From Lysobacterales bacterium (GTDB lineage: Bacteria; Pseudomonadota; Gammaproteobacteria; Xanthomonadales; S139-57): DNA of 51,768 nucleotides. The notes under the pieces are model-generated. The model had not been told where the DNA came from and searched no databases. It was given only the letters and a program-made list of their open reading frames with translations. Position 1 is the first letter of the stretch; each line of letters begins with the position of its first letter. The stretch is taken from NCBI GenBank assembly GCA_015485125.1, contig WFUE01000130.1, positions 1 through 51,768 of the forward strand. The letters are read 5' to 3'. A program made the position numbers and the translations under genes. Positions 19,672 through 28,745 of this stretch are shown one piece after another.

Positions 19672-21612
19672 TTAGTGATCTCCCATGCCCATGTCGATGT
19701 AGCCGGTGGGGCAGACATCCGCACAGATGTGACAACCAATACAACGTGTATAGTCGGTAGCCACGTAACGGCCCGTAGTGGACTCGTTTTTGGGCACGCG
19801 GTAGACCGCATCCTGCGGGCAGTAGATCACGCAGTTGTCACACTCGAAGCACAGACCACAGCTCATGCAACGCTCGGCCTCGGCCACGGCCTTTTCTTCT
19901 TCCAGACCCTTGACCCGCTCCTCGAAATGACCCAGTACATGGTCGGAATCCGGCACATCGGTCTCGCGCAGGTTGCGTGGCTCTTCCGGGAAGTGACCCA
20001 GGAACAGGTGGTCGGCAGAAATGATTTCCGCTTCCGAACGGTCGTCGAAATTGTGGATGGCGAACTTCTGTTCGGAAGTGCCCCATACATAATCCGGCTG
20101 ATAATCATCCGGATCCAAACCGGCTTCGTGCAGCTTCTCCATCAGGTTGAAGTGGTGTACATCCACCTTCGGGCGCTTGTGGAATTCCTTGCCGTTAAGG
20201 AATTCATCCACGGTATCCGCCACCACGGAACCCTGACCAATGGCCGTGGTCAGCAGGTGCGGACGCACGATGTCACCGGCCACGAAGTGCTTGGCACGCC
20301 CGGGCACGCAGTAGAACTTGTCGGCGTCCATCAGGCCTCGACCATTGTCAAAGTCTTCCAGGCCCTTGAGGTCACCGGTCTGGCCAATGGCCGCCACGAT
20401 CACATCGCACTCGATTTCAAACTCGGTACCTTCGCGGGCCACCGGGCGACCATCGACCATGTCACACTCGGCCATCTTCAGGGCCACGGCACGACCTTCG
20501 TCATTGAGGATGACTTCCAGCGGCATCACGCTGCACTTGATGTCCACCCCTTCGCGCAGTGCATCTTCCACTTCCTCTTCGGAAGCGGTCATCTCGTCCT
20601 GCGGGAACAGGGAGGTCAGGGTGACGGTCGCCGGACGACGGTCCAGGCCATCCTCATGCACGGCCTTGCCGGCAATCACATCTTCCATGGGCGCCGCACC
20701 ATCGGCGGTGCCCAGGCGACGGGAAACGGACACCACGTCGATGGAGGTATCACCACCACCCACGCAAACCACTTTCTCGGGCACATATTTCAGCTTGCCC
20801 TGGTTGAAGCGTTCCAGCATGCCCACACCGGTCACGCAGTTGGGCGTGCCTTCCCAGCCGGGTACCGGCAGGCCGCGACCCGTCCAGCAGCCGATGGCCC
20901 AGATAATGGCATCGTAGTCTTTTTCCAGCTCCTCGACGCTGACATCCTCGCCCACGCGCACACCGGTACGCACTTCGATGTCACCCATGTCGAGAATCCG
21001 CTGGATTTCATGATCCAGCACATCCCGTGGTGTCCGATAGCCGGGGATACCGTAACGCATCATGCCACCCAGCTCTTCCTGGGCGTCAAAGATGGTGGAG
21101 GCATGGCCTTTCTTGCGCAGCTGGTAGGCTGCGGACATGCCAGCCGGGCCGCCACCGATAATGGCCACTTTCTTTCCGGACAATGCCGCCGGTGCCTGGA
21201 ACTTGTAGCCTTTTTCGAAGGCGGTATCACCGATGAACTGTTCCACGGAATTGATGCCGACGAAGTCATCCACCACATTGCGGTTACAACCTTCCTGACA
21301 GGGTGCCGGGCAGACACGACCCATCATGGAGGGGAAGGGGTTGGCCGTGGTGGAGCGCAAGAAGGCATATTCGTGCTTGTCCACGTCAGCAGGCGGCTTC
21401 TCGATGCCACGGACGATCTGCAACCAGCCACGAATGTCCTCGCCGGAAGGACAACTGCCCTGACAAGGCGGGGTACGGTGCACATATGTCGGGCACTTGT
21501 GCGATGTATCCTGGACAAAGATCTTCTTGGTCAGATCATTCCACTCGTGTTCGCCATCCTCAAATCTTCTAAAGGTATGGCTTTTCTTCATGTCTTCAGC
21601 TGAGGTAGACAT
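19672..21612 (-). CDS. dsrL: DsrL (NAD(P)H-dependent iron-sulfur flavoprotein, GltD-like)
   Basis: N-terminal Fe-S Cys motifs, the dinucleotide fold VAIIGGGPAGMSAAY, a second Rossmann fold VVCVGGGDTSID, and a C-terminal 2x[4Fe-4S] ferredoxin domain (CMSCGLCFECDNCVIYCP, CIGCHICADVCP). Confidence 0.9.
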   Translation of the reverse strand: MSTSAEDMKKSHTFRRFEDGEHEWNDLTKKIFVQDTSHKCPTYVHRTPPCQGSCPSGEDIRGWLQIVRGIEKPPADVDKHEYAFLRSTTANPFPSMMGRVCPAPCQEGCNRNVVDDFVGINSVEQFIGDTAFEKGYKFQAPAALSGKKVAIIGGGPAGMSAAYQLRKKGHASTIFDAQEELGGMMRYGIPGYRTPRDVLDHEIQRILDMGDIEVRTGVRVGEDVSVEELEKDYDAIIWAIGCWTGRGLPVPGWEGTPNCVTGVGMLERFNQGKLKYVPEKVVCVGGGDTSIDVVSVSRRLGTADGAAPMEDVIAGKAVHEDGLDRRPATVTLTSLFPQDEMTASEEEVEDALREGVDIKCSVMPLEVILNDEGRAVALKMAECDMVDGRPVAREGTEFEIECDVIVAAIGQTGDLKGLEDFDNGRGLMDADKFYCVPGRAKHFVAGDIVRPHLLTTAIGQGSVVADTVDEFLNGKEFHKRPKVDVHHFNLMEKLHEAGLDPDDYQPDYVWGTSEQKFAIHNFDDRSEAEIISADHLFLGHFPEEPRNLRETDVPDSDHVLGHFEERVKGLEEEKAVAEAERCMSCGLCFECDNCVIYCPQDAVYRVPKNESTTGRYVATDYTRCIGCHICADVCPTGYIDMGMGDH

Positions 21613-21656
21613 CGCGCCTCTCCTAATTCAATTAAATTTCACCGAACCAGTACGAT

Positions 21657-23147
21657 TTATTCGTGCTGGTCAAAAACCAGAGCATCCCCAACCAGTTGGT
21701 GCAGGCTCAGAATGCTGTCCATCTCGAATCCGTAATACGGCATGACCTTGGTGAACTGGCTCTTGCAGATCGCGCAGATGGCCACCAGGTGATCCACGCC
21801 GTAGTTGTCATGCACATGCTTGAGTGCCTCCATCCGCGGCAGGGCACCCTTGACCCGCAGTTCCATCAGGTCATCGGTCAGCAGGCCGCCGCCACCGCCG
21901 CAACAGAAGGTGCTTTCGCAAATGGTTTCCCGCGGCATGTCGTGGTAGTTGTTGACCACCGACTTGAGAATGGCCCGAGGAATCTTGAACTGGCCACCCG
22001 GCTCGTTGCCCATGCGTGAGCCCCGTGCCACATTGCAGGAATCATGGAAGGTCACATTGAGATGATCATTGGCGGAAGGATCCAGCTTCAATTGCCCTTT
22101 CTGAATGGCATCCCAGGTCACTTCACAAATGTGCTGCGGCACCGGGTAATTGGGGTCGAGAAAATCAAAGGGCCCCGCCAGGGTATTGAGGAAGCTGTAG
22201 GCCACCCGCCAGGCATGGCCACACTCGCCGAACACGATACGCTTGACACCCAATTCCAGTGCCGCCTTGCGGATGCGCAGGGCCAGGCGTTGCATGTTCT
22301 CGTAACTGCCGATGAACATGCCGAAGTTGGCCGCCTCGCTGGCGAAGGAACTCATGGTCCAGCTGATGCCCAGCTGGTGGAAGACCTTGCCATAACCAAT
22401 CAGGCCGTCGATATGCGGCTCGGCAAAGAAGTCGGCGGACGGGGTGATCAACAATACATCAGCGCCCTTCTCATCCAGCGGATAGCGCACGGGCACGCCG
22501 ATATCCTCTTCGACCTCCTCTTCCAGATCCAGCAGCGTATCCTTCAGCGCTGGCTGAGGCAGACCCAGGTTGTTACCCAGCGTCTGCGCCTTGTGGATGA
22601 TCTCGTTGCAGTACTTCTGCCCCACGCCGACAGAGTCCAGAATCTCCCGGGCAGCCATGGAAATCTCTGCGGTATCGATACCATAAGGGCAAAATACAGA
22701 GCAGCGACGACACTGGGAGCATTGGTGGAAATAGCTGTACCACTCGTCCAGCACTTCCTTGTTCAGATCCACCGCGCCAACCAGTTTCGGGAAATACTTG
22801 CCGGCAAAAGTAAAGTAGCGACGATAGACCTTGCGCAGCAGATCCTGACGGGCCACCGGCATGTTTTTCGGGTCCGCCGTGCCCAGGAAGTAATGACACT
22901 TGTCGGTACAGGCACCGCATTTCACACAGGCATCGAGAAAGACCTGGAAGCTGCGATACTTGCCCAGCAGATCGCCCATCTTGTCCAGCGCGGCCTGCTC
23001 CCAGTTTTCCACCAGCTCGCCGGGGTAGCCCAGCGGTTGCTGCCATTGTTCCTTGGAAACAAACGGTTGGCTGTGCGCCATCGCCCCTTCCTGAAGTTCG
23101 GGGATTTCGATATGTTCCTTCAGCTCGGGTACTTCAAAATCTGCCAC
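21657..23147 (-). CDS. dsrK: DsrK (HdrD-like CCG-domain iron-sulfur catalytic subunit)
   Basis: Ferredoxin-like CVKCGACTDKC and CSQCRRCSVFCP, plus CCG-domain signatures (FCCGGGGG, CAICKSQ). Confidence 0.9.
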   Translation of the reverse strand: MADFEVPELKEHIEIPELQEGAMAHSQPFVSKEQWQQPLGYPGELVENWEQAALDKMGDLLGKYRSFQVFLDACVKCGACTDKCHYFLGTADPKNMPVARQDLLRKVYRRYFTFAGKYFPKLVGAVDLNKEVLDEWYSYFHQCSQCRRCSVFCPYGIDTAEISMAAREILDSVGVGQKYCNEIIHKAQTLGNNLGLPQPALKDTLLDLEEEVEEDIGVPVRYPLDEKGADVLLITPSADFFAEPHIDGLIGYGKVFHQLGISWTMSSFASEAANFGMFIGSYENMQRLALRIRKAALELGVKRIVFGECGHAWRVAYSFLNTLAGPFDFLDPNYPVPQHICEVTWDAIQKGQLKLDPSANDHLNVTFHDSCNVARGSRMGNEPGGQFKIPRAILKSVVNNYHDMPRETICESTFCCGGGGGLLTDDLMELRVKGALPRMEALKHVHDNYGVDHLVAICAICKSQFTKVMPYYGFEMDSILSLHQLVGDALVFDQHE

Positions 23148-23173
23148 GATACATCTCCAAAATCAGGTCAGGG

Positions 23174-23920
23174 TCAGGATGACTTGGTGGGTTCGTTGGG
23201 CAATTCAGCCGCCCATGGGGACAAATGGCGCTTTTCACGCGGGTTGTCCACCTGATTGCGGGTCGGACTGAAGAACACCCCTGGCGCATGCAACAGCTTG
23301 CTGATGGGAAATACCATCATCAACAGCGATACCATGGTGATGTGCGCGATCAGTATGGGATCAGCCGGGAATGGTTGAAAATCGAGACGCATCAGGCCCA
23401 TGAAAAAGGCCTTCACCGCGACGATATCAGTATGAGAAACAAAACTCATGCCAATGCCCGTCAAGGTGATACCCAACAGCAGCGCCAGCATCAGATGATC
23501 ACTGGGTGCTGAAATGTAGCGAATGCGCTCAACAAAAATCCGGCGTGCCCACAGGCCAAGCAGACCAATCAGCATGGCAAAGGCACCGTAACGGCCAAAG
23601 GGCTGAATGATCTCCACCCACCACCAGACCGGATCGGTGAAATAGCGCAGATGGCGGGCCAGCACGACAAACAGCGCCATGTGAAACATCCAGCCAAAGA
23701 TCCAGATCCACTTGTTGGACTTGAACAGACTGTTGAACAGAACCACTTCAGAGGCCATTCGCAATACCACGCCACCCTGGGTCACCGGTGCCGGTGTGGT
23801 GGGGATCTTCAACGGGGCTGGTGTCTTCGCATAGGTATAGATCTTTCTGCCCAATCCCACCAGCAAGATGGCGCTGGCCGAATAGAACATGACAGTCATA
23901 ATGACAGTCAGGATACTCAT
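23174..23920 (-). CDS. dsrM: DsrM (NarI-like dihaem cytochrome b membrane subunit)
   Basis: Five hydrophobic helices with conserved His residues. I trimmed the start to MSILTVIMTV (ATG at 23920, preceded by AGAGGA); the tracked ORF runs antisense-free back into dsrC. Confidence 0.85.
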   Translation of the reverse strand: MSILTVIMTVMFYSASAILLVGLGRKIYTYAKTPAPLKIPTTPAPVTQGGVVLRMASEVVLFNSLFKSNKWIWIFGWMFHMALFVVLARHLRYFTDPVWWWVEIIQPFGRYGAFAMLIGLLGLWARRIFVERIRYISAPSDHLMLALLLGITLTGIGMSFVSHTDIVAVKAFFMGLMRLDFQPFPADPILIAHITMVSLLMMVFPISKLLHAPGVFFSPTRNQVDNPREKRHLSPWAAELPNEPTKSS

Positions 23921-23953
23921 ACAAACATCCTCTGAAATCGTTCGATAAACACT

Positions 23954-23981
23954 TCGGGCCCGACCCGGTGGCCGGGCCCGA
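23954..23981 (-). other. Intercistronic stem-loop just downstream of dsrC
   Basis: A 9-bp perfect GC stem, TCGGGCCCG/CGGGCCCGA, with a 10-nt loop lies 6 nt after the dsrC stop. There is no long U-tract. Confidence 0.55.
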
Positions 23982-23987
23982 CAGTTA

Positions 23988-24320
23988 TTACACGCAGCCG
24001 GTCGGCTTGGGCAGACCCGCGTACTTACAAGCCTGCTTGGCAGGACCATACGGGAACAGCTGGTACAGGTACTTGCTGTTACCCTTGTCCTTGCCCAGCT
24101 TCTTGCCAATGGCCTTGGTCAGCACGCGCACGGCGGGAGCAATCTGATACTCCTCGTAGTATTCACGCAGGAAGTTGATCACTTCCCAGTGCGCGTCGGT
24201 CAGTTCGCAATCATCCGCGGCGGCCATGGCGGCACCCACTTCCGGAGTCCAGTCGTTCAGGTTGGCCAGGTAGCCTTCTTCATCAGTTTCGTAGGTTTTG
24301 CCGTTTACTTCGATGCTCAT
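23988..24320 (-). CDS. dsrC: DsrC (sulfur-carrier/substrate protein of DsrAB)
   Basis: A 110-aa TusE/DsrC-fold protein ending in the diagnostic two-cysteine arm CKYAGLPKPTGCV. Confidence 0.95.
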   Translation of the reverse strand: MSIEVNGKTYETDEEGYLANLNDWTPEVGAAMAAADDCELTDAHWEVINFLREYYEEYQIAPAVRVLTKAIGKKLGKDKGNSKYLYQLFPYGPAKQACKYAGLPKPTGCV

Positions 24321-24367
24321 GGTATTTCTCCTCGATAGATGCGTCGCATCCAGTTAAACATTCACGC

Positions 24368-24676
24368 TTACAGCCAGGCGTTGACCTGGTCATACTGCGT
24401 GGTCAAATCAACGAAGCCGTCAAAATCCACCGATTCGACGCCTTCTATCAGAGCCTGGTCTGCCAGGCCTCTTGCCTTGAGGTCCGGCTCCAGTACAAAC
24501 ACCTTCCGGTCTGCCAGGGCAGCCTTGACCAGATCGGCCTTGGCACCACCGGCCAGCGCGGCGTAGACGCCGTCTTCGATCAGCAGAATGGCTGCACCGG
24601 CATCACTGCGTTGCACGCAGGATTCCAGCGACGCCTTCTCGTAAGGTGATTTGTTGACAGTATGCAAAATGGCCAT
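24368..24676 (-). CDS. dsrH: DsrH (sulfur relay protein)
   Basis: A 102-aa DsrH/TusB-like protein (MAILHTVNKSP ... GVYAAL), placed after dsrF. Confidence 0.85.
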   Translation of the reverse strand: MAILHTVNKSPYEKASLESCVQRSDAGAAILLIEDGVYAALAGGAKADLVKAALADRKVFVLEPDLKARGLADQALIEGVESVDFDGFVDLTTQYDQVNAWL

Positions 24677-24689
24677 GTTCTTGTTCTCC

Positions 24690-25106
24690 TCAGAAGCTCA
24701 GCAGGACGTCTTGCTCTTCGATGAGCTTCTTGACCTCATCGCGGCTGACCAGACGAATGGAATCCTTCTCGGCCCAGTCGTCATCCTCGTCTTCCCAGGT
24801 CAGATGCTGCAGATCGTCCAGCGTCAGGCCACGCTCTTCCAGGGACTCCTTTTCCACATACAACTTGGAAACATCGTAGTCACCCAGTGCCGCATAGGCA
24901 GGCGAGAAATTCTTCATGCCCACGCCTTCGGTGTTCTGGCCCTTGGTGAGCTGGAACACGCCGTCATCAATGAACAACAGGCTGACATCCTGCTCAAGGG
25001 CGGCGGCAATCAAAACGACTTCCAGCGACTCCTGGGCATAGATGGTGCCGTAGGGCGCCCGGCGATTGACGAACATGAACTTCTTGCCGTCGTTTTCTTC
25101 ACTCAT
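24690..25106 (-). CDS. dsrF: DsrF (sulfur relay protein)
   Basis: A DsrF/TusC-like protein (KKFMFVNRRAPYG). I chose the start at ATG 25106, which has GGGAGA 7 nt upstream; the tracked ORF begins at a TTG at 25121. Confidence 0.85.
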   Translation of the reverse strand: MSEENDGKKFMFVNRRAPYGTIYAQESLEVVLIAAALEQDVSLLFIDDGVFQLTKGQNTEGVGMKNFSPAYAALGDYDVSKLYVEKESLEERGLTLDDLQHLTWEDEDDDWAEKDSIRLVSRDEVKKLIEEQDVLLSF

Positions 25107-25135
25107 GGATCGTTCTCCCAATCAAAAAACGTGGC

Positions 25136-25528
25136 TTAGTCGCCAAACTCAACCAGACGATCGGCCTGAATACAGGCTTCGACCAATTGCCCCAGGCCGG
25201 TGATGTGAAACACTTCGGCGATGTTGTTCACATCCTTGCCCCAGCGTTGCGCTTCACCTTCATCCAGCAAACCCCGGCGTTGTGCGGCAGCCACACAGAC
25301 GGACAGGTCCAGATCATGTTCCTTGCCCAGTGCCACCCACTTCTCGGTGATGTTGCGATCGTCCTGTGGCGGCACGCCCAGGCGGGTCGCGTTGTTCACA
25401 CCGTCGTGATAGAAGAACACACGGATGATTTCGTGGCCCTTGTCCAGCGCGGCCTTGCAGAAATTGTAGGCCGTGTCGGACGCCTGATGGTTGTAGGGCC
25501 CTTCGTTGATCATGATTGCGTATTTCAT
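25136..25528 (-). CDS. dsrE: DsrE (sulfur relay protein, active-site Cys subunit)
   Basis: A 130-aa DsrE/TusD-like protein (MKYAIMINEGPY ... LSVCVAAAQRRG). Confidence 0.9.
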   Translation of the reverse strand: MKYAIMINEGPYNHQASDTAYNFCKAALDKGHEIIRVFFYHDGVNNATRLGVPPQDDRNITEKWVALGKEHDLDLSVCVAAAQRRGLLDEGEAQRWGKDVNNIAEVFHITGLGQLVEACIQADRLVEFGD

Positions 25529-25551
25529 GAACCAGTTTTCCTCGTCAAAGT

Positions 25552-25576
25552 CGGCAGCAGGGGTTGCCTGCTGCCG
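25552..25576 (-). other. Intercistronic stem-loop between dsrB and dsrE
   Basis: A perfect 10-bp stem, CGGCAGCAGG/CCTGCTGCCG, with a 5-nt loop lies 6 nt after the dsrB stop. The dsrE RBS (GAGGAAA) follows it on the minus strand. Confidence 0.6.
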
Positions 25577-25582
25577 CAGGCA

Positions 25583-26653
25583 TCAGAAGCGGATGTGCGT
25601 AGATGCGTTCAGGTTCTTGCGAGCACCACGCCAGTTATCCACGTGATAACGGGTGAACGGCAAGCCGGTCAGCTCGAAGAAACGCGGCCAACCGATACGC
25701 TCGATCCAGTCGTTGATCCGCTCCCAGTCCTTGGCATCCTCCTTGTAGACCTTGAGGATGTTCTTGACGATAGCGGTTGCTTCGGGCCAGCGCGGCGGGT
25801 TGTTGGGAATGCCGGCAGCCACCAGCTTCTGGAAAGTCGGCTTGCCACGGGCGTTGGAGTGATTGCCACCCACCCAGATGGCCAGCTTGGTGTATTCGGC
25901 ATCGTTGATCTGCATGGGCGGACACGGCGGGAAGCAGGCACCACAGCAGATGCACTTCTTCTCGTCCACTTCCAGGGAGGGCTTGCCGTTGACCATGGCC
26001 GGACGAATGGCGGCCACCGGGCAGCGTGCCACCACGGAAGGACGCTCACAGACATTGGCCACCAGATCGTGGTTGATGCGCGGCGGCTTGGTGTGCTGCA
26101 CGTTGATGGCGATATCACCCTGGCCACCGCAGTTGATTTGGCAGCAGGAGGTGGTGATATGCACACGGTTGGGCATGTTCCAGTTACGGAACTCGTCAAT
26201 CAGCTCGTCCATCATCGCCTTCACCACGCCAGAGGCGTCGGTACCGGGGATGTCGCAGTGCAGCCAGCCCTGGGTGTGGGACAGCGTGGTCACGGAGTTG
26301 CGGGTACCGCCCACGACGAAACCGGCCTCTTCGACGGCCTTGATCAGGGGCTCGACCTTGGATTCGTCAGCCACCTGATACTCGATGTTGGAGCGGATGG
26401 TGAAGTGCACATAGCCGTCACCGTACTTGTCACCGATTTCGGTGAGCTTGCGCAGGGTGTAAAGATCGAGAATCCGCTGGGTGCCCACGCGAATGGTCCA
26501 GATCTTGTCGCCACTGTGCGCCACGTGCAGCAGTACGCCCGGGCGGGGATCTTCATGATAGGCCCAGTTGCCATAGTTCTTGCGCATCACGGGATGCATG
26601 TACTGGAATCCGTCAGGACATCCGGATTCAATAGGTTCGCGCATTTCAGACAT
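25583..26653 (-). CDS. dsrB: Dissimilatory sulfite reductase beta subunit (oxidative type)
   Basis: Siroheme/[4Fe-4S] Cys motif region TTSCCQINCGGQGD, ferredoxin-domain CICCGACFPPCP, and typical length (356 aa). Confidence 0.95.
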   Translation of the reverse strand: MSEMREPIESGCPDGFQYMHPVMRKNYGNWAYHEDPRPGVLLHVAHSGDKIWTIRVGTQRILDLYTLRKLTEIGDKYGDGYVHFTIRSNIEYQVADESKVEPLIKAVEEAGFVVGGTRNSVTTLSHTQGWLHCDIPGTDASGVVKAMMDELIDEFRNWNMPNRVHITTSCCQINCGGQGDIAINVQHTKPPRINHDLVANVCERPSVVARCPVAAIRPAMVNGKPSLEVDEKKCICCGACFPPCPPMQINDAEYTKLAIWVGGNHSNARGKPTFQKLVAAGIPNNPPRWPEATAIVKNILKVYKEDAKDWERINDWIERIGWPRFFELTGLPFTRYHVDNWRGARKNLNASTHIRF

Positions 26654-26725
26654 GATTGTCTCCAGAAAGCTTGATTAATAATGACCGGCGCCGGGCGCAC
26701 TGCCCGGCACCAAAACAGATCTGAA

Positions 26726-27994
26726 TCAGGCTTGAGCCGCCTTCTTCTCGGCTTGCTTGGCAAACCACTCCTTCGCAGCCTCGTCCCAGCCGTCGGTCCG
26801 TACATAGGACACGTTGCGCGGGTTGCTGATCATGTGGGGGTCCACATCGATATCCAGGCCCTCGAGGAAGTTCACCAGACCGATACGCTCGATCATCTCG
26901 CCGCAACGTTCGTGCTCCAGGCCGTTCTCGGCCCAGAAGTCGATCACTTCTTCGGCGAACTCCACCAGCTGCTCGTAATCCTCTTCGGTTTCCAGCTTCA
27001 TGAAGGGCACGATCACGGTACCCATCAGATCACCGATTTTCAGGGTACGCTTGCCACCGATGAGAATGGTCACGCCCTTGTCGTCTCCCGGAGACAGTGC
27101 CTTGGGCATCACATTCAGGCAGTGCATGCAGCGCACGCAGTTGCGGTTGTCCACCTGCAGTTCGTTGTCGTCGGTCAGCGCCAGTGCATTGGTGGGGCAG
27201 CGGCTGATGACATTGTCAATCAGGTACTGACGACCCTTGGTTTCACAGTAGGCCTTGACCTGCTCCTGATCCACCTTCATGTCGTCGCGCCAGGTGCCAA
27301 TGACGGCAAAGTCGGAACGCTCGATGGCGTTCTGGCAGTCATTGGGGCAACCGGAAATCTTGAACTTGAACTTGTATGGCAGTGCCGGACGGTGCACATC
27401 ATCCGTAAAGTTGTTCAGCAGGTGACGGTGGATGACATGCTCATGCGCACAGGACATTTCGCAACGAGCCGCACCCACACAGGACATGCCGGTACGCACA
27501 CAGGGGCCGGCACCACCCAGATCCCAGCCGTATTCGTTGATCTCATCGAAGAAGTGCTGGGTACCCTCGGTGTCGGTACCGATAAACATGATGTTGCCGG
27601 TCTGGCCGTGGAAGGTGATCAAACCGGAACCGTACTTCTCCCAACTGTCGGCCAGCTTGTTCAGCATGTCCGTGGTGTAGAAGTTGCCGGCGGGCGGCTG
27701 AACACGCAGGGTATGGAATTCCTTGGATTCGGGGAAGGATGCCGCCACCTCGGAAAAGCGCGGGATGATGCCGCCGCCATAACCGTAGACGGAAACCGTA
27801 CCGCCCTTCCAGTAACCCTTGCGGGTCTCGTACGAATGCTCAAGCTGGCCCAGCAGACTGTTGGTCACGGAACGAATACGCTCGTTCTCATGGTTGTCTC
27901 TCAGGCGCTTGATTCCACTGATGAAGCTGGGCCATTCGCCATTCTCCAGCTCATCCAGCATCGGGGTATCGTAGATTTTATCAGCCATTGTCAA
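26726..27994 (-). CDS. dsrA: Dissimilatory sulfite reductase alpha subunit (oxidative type)
   Basis: N-terminal YDTPMLDELENGEWPSF, SGCPNDCQNA, and the ferredoxin domain CPTNAL...CVRCMHCLNVMP, in a 422-aa protein. Confidence 0.95.
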   Translation of the reverse strand: MTMADKIYDTPMLDELENGEWPSFISGIKRLRDNHENERIRSVTNSLLGQLEHSYETRKGYWKGGTVSVYGYGGGIIPRFSEVAASFPESKEFHTLRVQPPAGNFYTTDMLNKLADSWEKYGSGLITFHGQTGNIMFIGTDTEGTQHFFDEINEYGWDLGGAGPCVRTGMSCVGAARCEMSCAHEHVIHRHLLNNFTDDVHRPALPYKFKFKISGCPNDCQNAIERSDFAVIGTWRDDMKVDQEQVKAYCETKGRQYLIDNVISRCPTNALALTDDNELQVDNRNCVRCMHCLNVMPKALSPGDDKGVTILIGGKRTLKIGDLMGTVIVPFMKLETEEDYEQLVEFAEEVIDFWAENGLEHERCGEMIERIGLVNFLEGLDIDVDPHMISNPRNVSYVRTDGWDEAAKEWFAKQAEKKAAQA

Positions 27995-28499
27995 ATCCTC
28001 GTTCGCAGGTGCACCACGCGATTATCATGAAAACCTATGGAGCCGGCTCGCGCCCACTCCGGGAAAACAGGAACACGGAAAACAGGTGAGTTCCGTGTCG
28101 TTAGCAGTCTAGTGGGCGCGTGCCCCGAGCAAAATCACACGATGGGGGTAACGGCCATCCAGCGTCTATCTCGATAGGGATAGCGGCCTGTCGAAATCCC
28201 GTTCCCGCGTCCACAACCATGCGAATCATTATGTGGCTCAACCAGCTGAAAAACATATCCTTTCCGAGGGAGAGCCAGCCTCCTACACCCCACCCATCTG
28301 CCTGACAGCCTGCTAAATCAACAAGTTACCCATACCCCAGCCGCTGCTTCAATTTTTTTCAACGACTTCTGTGCATTCATCAGGACTGGCCGTCACGCAG
28401 CAGCCGCTTTCCCACTCCCCCCACAGCGATAGATTGATTCCATCCGCTTGTACTGCTTAGACTTGCCACACCATTGAGGCCATCCTTGTGGAGAAAACG
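27995..28499. promoter_or_regulatory. Long divergent control region upstream of dsrA
   Basis: About 500 nt are free of convincing ORFs. The region contains the direct repeat GGAAAACAGG x2 (28062-28071, 28077-28086), an 8-bp hairpin ACACGGAA/TTCCGTGT (28073-28098) and the inverted repeat CTATC-tc-GATAG (28166-28177). No promoter was mapped. Confidence 0.35.
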
Positions 28500-28739
28500 A
28501 TGCCCTACTATGTCTATCGCGTTGAAAACGCAGCCATGGAGCTGGTCAAGAATCTAGAGCTTCTTGACGAGAAGGAAAAGTTCAAGGAAGCCAAACAAGT
28601 GGCGCGTCAGTACCGCGTTCAACATCCCGACCTGCCCCCGGAAACCTTCAAGGTCATCTTTGCCGCCACACCACTGGAGGCCGAAGAATTGCTGATGGAA
28701 AAACGGGAAAAGCCCATTCTGATGGAACACGAAAAATAG
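28500..28739 (+). CDS. Hypothetical 79-aa protein
   Basis: The ORF has GGAG 6 nt upstream of ATG 28500 (MPYYVYRVEN...). It is charged and helical, and I recognised no family. Confidence 0.5.
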   Translation: MPYYVYRVENAAMELVKNLELLDEKEKFKEAKQVARQYRVQHPDLPPETFKVIFAATPLEAEELLMEKREKPILMEHEK

Positions 28740-28745
28740 CCAGGC

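Noticed and set aside
19555-21603. A very long plus-strand ORF (682 aa) lies antisense to dsrL. Similar ORFs lie antisense to ggt (4942-6669), dsrB/E (25187-26674), dsrA (26681-28030), sppA (32519-34507), lysAC (40584-42188), waaA (42577-43617) and the MoxR/VWA genes.
   Set aside because: Their translations are low-complexity (rich in G, H, R, A and Q) with no recognisable motifs, whereas the opposite strand encodes clear protein families. Long stop-free antisense frames are expected in GC-rich DNA.
28120-28305. A 61-aa ORF lies in the dsrA upstream region.
   Set aside because: It has no Shine-Dalgarno sequence, its composition is atypical, and it lies in a region better explained as a regulatory or leader sequence.
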